A model generated the notes under the pieces. The model was not told where the DNA came from and did not search any database. It saw nothing but the letters and a program-made list of their open reading frames with translations. A DNA stretch of 56,129 bases from Candidatus Parcubacteria bacterium (GTDB lineage: Bacteria; Patescibacteriota; Patescibacteriia; PEXW01), in NCBI GenBank assembly GCA_003597955.1, contig QZJU01000008.1, forward strand, positions 1 to 56,129. The letters run 5' to 3'. Within the stretch, counting starts at the first letter, position 1; the number at the start of each line of letters is the position of its first letter. The translations under genes were made by a program, and so were the position numbers. Shown piece after piece: positions 54,604 through 56,129 of this stretch.

Positions 54604-56129
54604 TCAAAACGGCGCGGCAGCGGGCGGCGGCTGGGTCTCCTCCGCGCGCGAGCCGCCGCCCGCAAACTCGGTTCGTATTTTCTCAAAAAGACTGCACCAT
54701 AGACGAAACGCAGGCTGGAGATTGTCATTTCGACGCACGTCTATTAGCGAAATCGAGGGTTCGATCATTAGCTTGTGAACCTCAGGACTGACAATCGCAC
54801 TTCGGATCAACTGAAACGGTTTGACGGCTTCAATATTAAGTATTCCATCCCTCAGAGTGAGGTTCGAACCTACGGAATGCAGAATCTCGCGTTTGTCTCG
54901 GTCGGTTCCCTTCTGGAATCTCCTGACGGCAACGCCGGCAAATTCAAAGATATTGGCACATCGCTTTCCTACTTCGGAAGAGTGGTGTTTCCTCTTGGCA
55001 ACCGATTCCTGCAGACCAATACGCTCATCCTCCAGTTCGCGCTTCTTCTCAATATATTCTTCGTCTGAAAGCAGTCCCCGGATTCTTAGATTCGTCAGTT
55101 CGGATAACTCTTTGGCACAAGCCCCAAGCCGTCGCTCAATGGATAAAGCCTGTTCCGCTTCCAATACCTTGTCTTTATCATCAAGCGATTTCAGATGACG
55201 GAGGGTCCAACCCACCAAAACTTTGGGAATGGAGATTTGTTCCAGGAATTGCACGATCTGTCGCTCCAATTTGTTCAATTCAATCACCCTTTGACCGCAC
55301 TTGATTCCTGGTCTTCTCTTTGTGCAATGGTAATAGACATATTGGTGCCCCTGACGGTTCACTTTGTGCTCTGCAGTCACCGACGCACCGCATTCTCCAC
55401 ACTTAATTAGACCGGTGAAAGCGAATTCGCGGTGGCGAGGGCGCGGACTGGAATTATTGGTCAAAAGTCTCTGAACGAGGTCGAATTCAGATTTGCTCAC
55501 CATCGCTTCATGCGCACCTCGACAACTCAGACCCCGACGGACGATGAGACCGTAATAAAAGGGATTCCGGAATAGATCATAAATAGCGGAAAGGGCCATG
55601 GGACCGCCGCCCTGCCGGCGAAAGACACGAGTCCTTAGGCCCCATTCCTTCGTTGCGATTGCAAGAATCCTCGGTGGCGTGATATTGCCAGTCAACATCA
55701 TATCCCACATCTTGCGAATAAGCCGGAACCGTTCCGGGTCTTTAACGATTGTCCGGCTGTTACGGTCATTCAAATATCCGATCGGCGGGACTCCCGGCAG
55801 CCAGCCGGCCTCCAGCTTCGCCCTCAATCCCCGTTTCACGTTATCCGAAAGATCATCGACATATTTTTTCGCCATGCCGAATTCCAGTTGCATCCAGAAC
55901 TTGTCGTTACTGGTATTGGAAAAAGAGCGCTGGGGAGTATGGATCGCCTTAAGCTTGCCTTCTTCCATCGCCCAGATAATCGCACCGCCGTCGACGGGAT
56001 TCCGAGCCAGCCGGTCGAGTTTCCAACAGAGTGTCAAGACCCCCAAAATTAAGACACTTTTTCGACGAGTGGGAGCAGCCGTTGGGCAAACAATACCGGC
56101 GGCATTTTCAGTACCGAATGAATACGGGT
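54604..56129 (-). CDS. Large serine recombinase 2 (5' end probably beyond window edge)
   Basis: Collinear with recombinase 1 from LDRLARNPVDGG onward; Cys cluster CGECGA...YYHCTKRRPGIKC. The frame stays open upstream of track start 56046 to the window end, and the catalytic Ser region is not in the window. Confidence 0.85.
   Translation of the reverse strand, partial: PYSFGTENAAGIVCPTAAPTRRKSVLILGVLTLCWKLDRLARNPVDGGAIIWAMEEGKLKAIHTPQRSFSNTSNDKFWMQLEFGMAKKYVDDLSDNVKRGLRAKLEAGWLPGVPPIGYLNDRNSRTIVKDPERFRLIRKMWDMMLTGNITPPRILAIATKEWGLRTRVFRRQGGGPMALSAIYDLFRNPFYYGLIVRRGLSCRGAHEAMVSKSEFDLVQRLLTNNSSPRPRHREFAFTGLIKCGECGASVTAEHKVNRQGHQYVYYHCTKRRPGIKCGQRVIELNKLERQIVQFLEQISIPKVLVGWTLRHLKSLDDKDKVLEAEQALSIERRLGACAKELSELTNLRIRGLLSDEEYIEKKRELEDERIGLQESVAKRKHHSSEVGKRCANIFEFAGVAVRRFQKGTDRDKREILHSVGSNLTLRDGILNIEAVKPFQLIRSAIVSPEVHKLMIEPSISLIDVRRNDNLQPAFRLWCSLFEKIRTEFAGGGSRAEETQPPPAAAPF
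54606..54699. repeat. IR-B right copy (94 bp, ends with GCACCA)
   Basis: Perfect reverse complement of 52449-52542. Encodes the last 31 codons of recombinase 2. Confidence 0.9.

Larger units (their letters stand above)
50873..56129. mobile_element. tRNA-Lys-associated integrative/invertible island (right end beyond window)
   Basis: Starts at the 3' end of tRNA-Lys. Two serine recombinases, an XRE regulator, an Ltp-like surface protein and a phage-like Zn-ribbon protein. By eye, different base composition in the right part. Confidence 0.6.

Noticed and set aside
50867-54699. The idea that the island recombinases act on the pilin hairpin arms because both contain GCACCA/TGGTGC
   Set aside because: The shared element is only 6-7 nt and is simply the generic tRNA 3' end. 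Flanking sequence is unrelated. It is worth remembering but not supportable from sequence alone.

Overview
Housekeeping-rich window from a small, moderately AT-rich bacterial genome, probably Candidate Phyla Radiation / Patescibacteria. The str-S10-spc ribosomal block (rpsL to map) has no L30 gene between rpsE and rplO and lacks the usual infA-rpmJ-rpsM tail; several ribosomal proteins carry Lys-rich extensions. All product calls come from motifs read by eye in the ORF translations, with no database search. Three accessory regions stand out. (1) 1-10.6 kb is a type IV pilus-like locus: pilin, O-antigen-ligase/TPR protein, prepilin peptidase, three paralogous large prepilin-like proteins and PilV/W/X-like minor pilins. 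In it, the prepilin leader peptides lie inside a repeated ~105-bp hairpin module with 17-nt inverted arms. Small GIY-YIG nuclease genes (one intact, one frameshifted) sit exactly at the palindromic junction between modules. Two more copies of the module lie just upstream of near-consensus promoters for tuf and rplU. (2) Small nuclease/transposase cassettes sit among core genes. A RAYT (IS200-like) gene is flanked by ~130-bp REP-bearing direct repeats before ligA. A GxxExxY protein gene is bracketed by inverted TACGAAT arrays between rpsG and fusA, next to a synonymously diverged ghost copy of the fusA 5' end. (3) 50.8-56.1 kb is an island at tRNA-Lys(UUU) with two large serine recombinases. 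It consists of two adjacent segments, each bounded by perfect inverted repeats (79 bp and 94 bp) that overlap in the hexamer GCACCA, the 3' end of the tRNA. Both recombinase ORFs read through these repeats. I consider this the best candidate for an undescribed inversion/integration system, with the pilin leader hairpin plus GIY-YIG arrangement second. The rest is ordinary: ligA, gatCA, ndk, a two-component system with a MacB-type ABC pair, fusA, tuf, secY, adk, map, recR, ybaB, dnaB.
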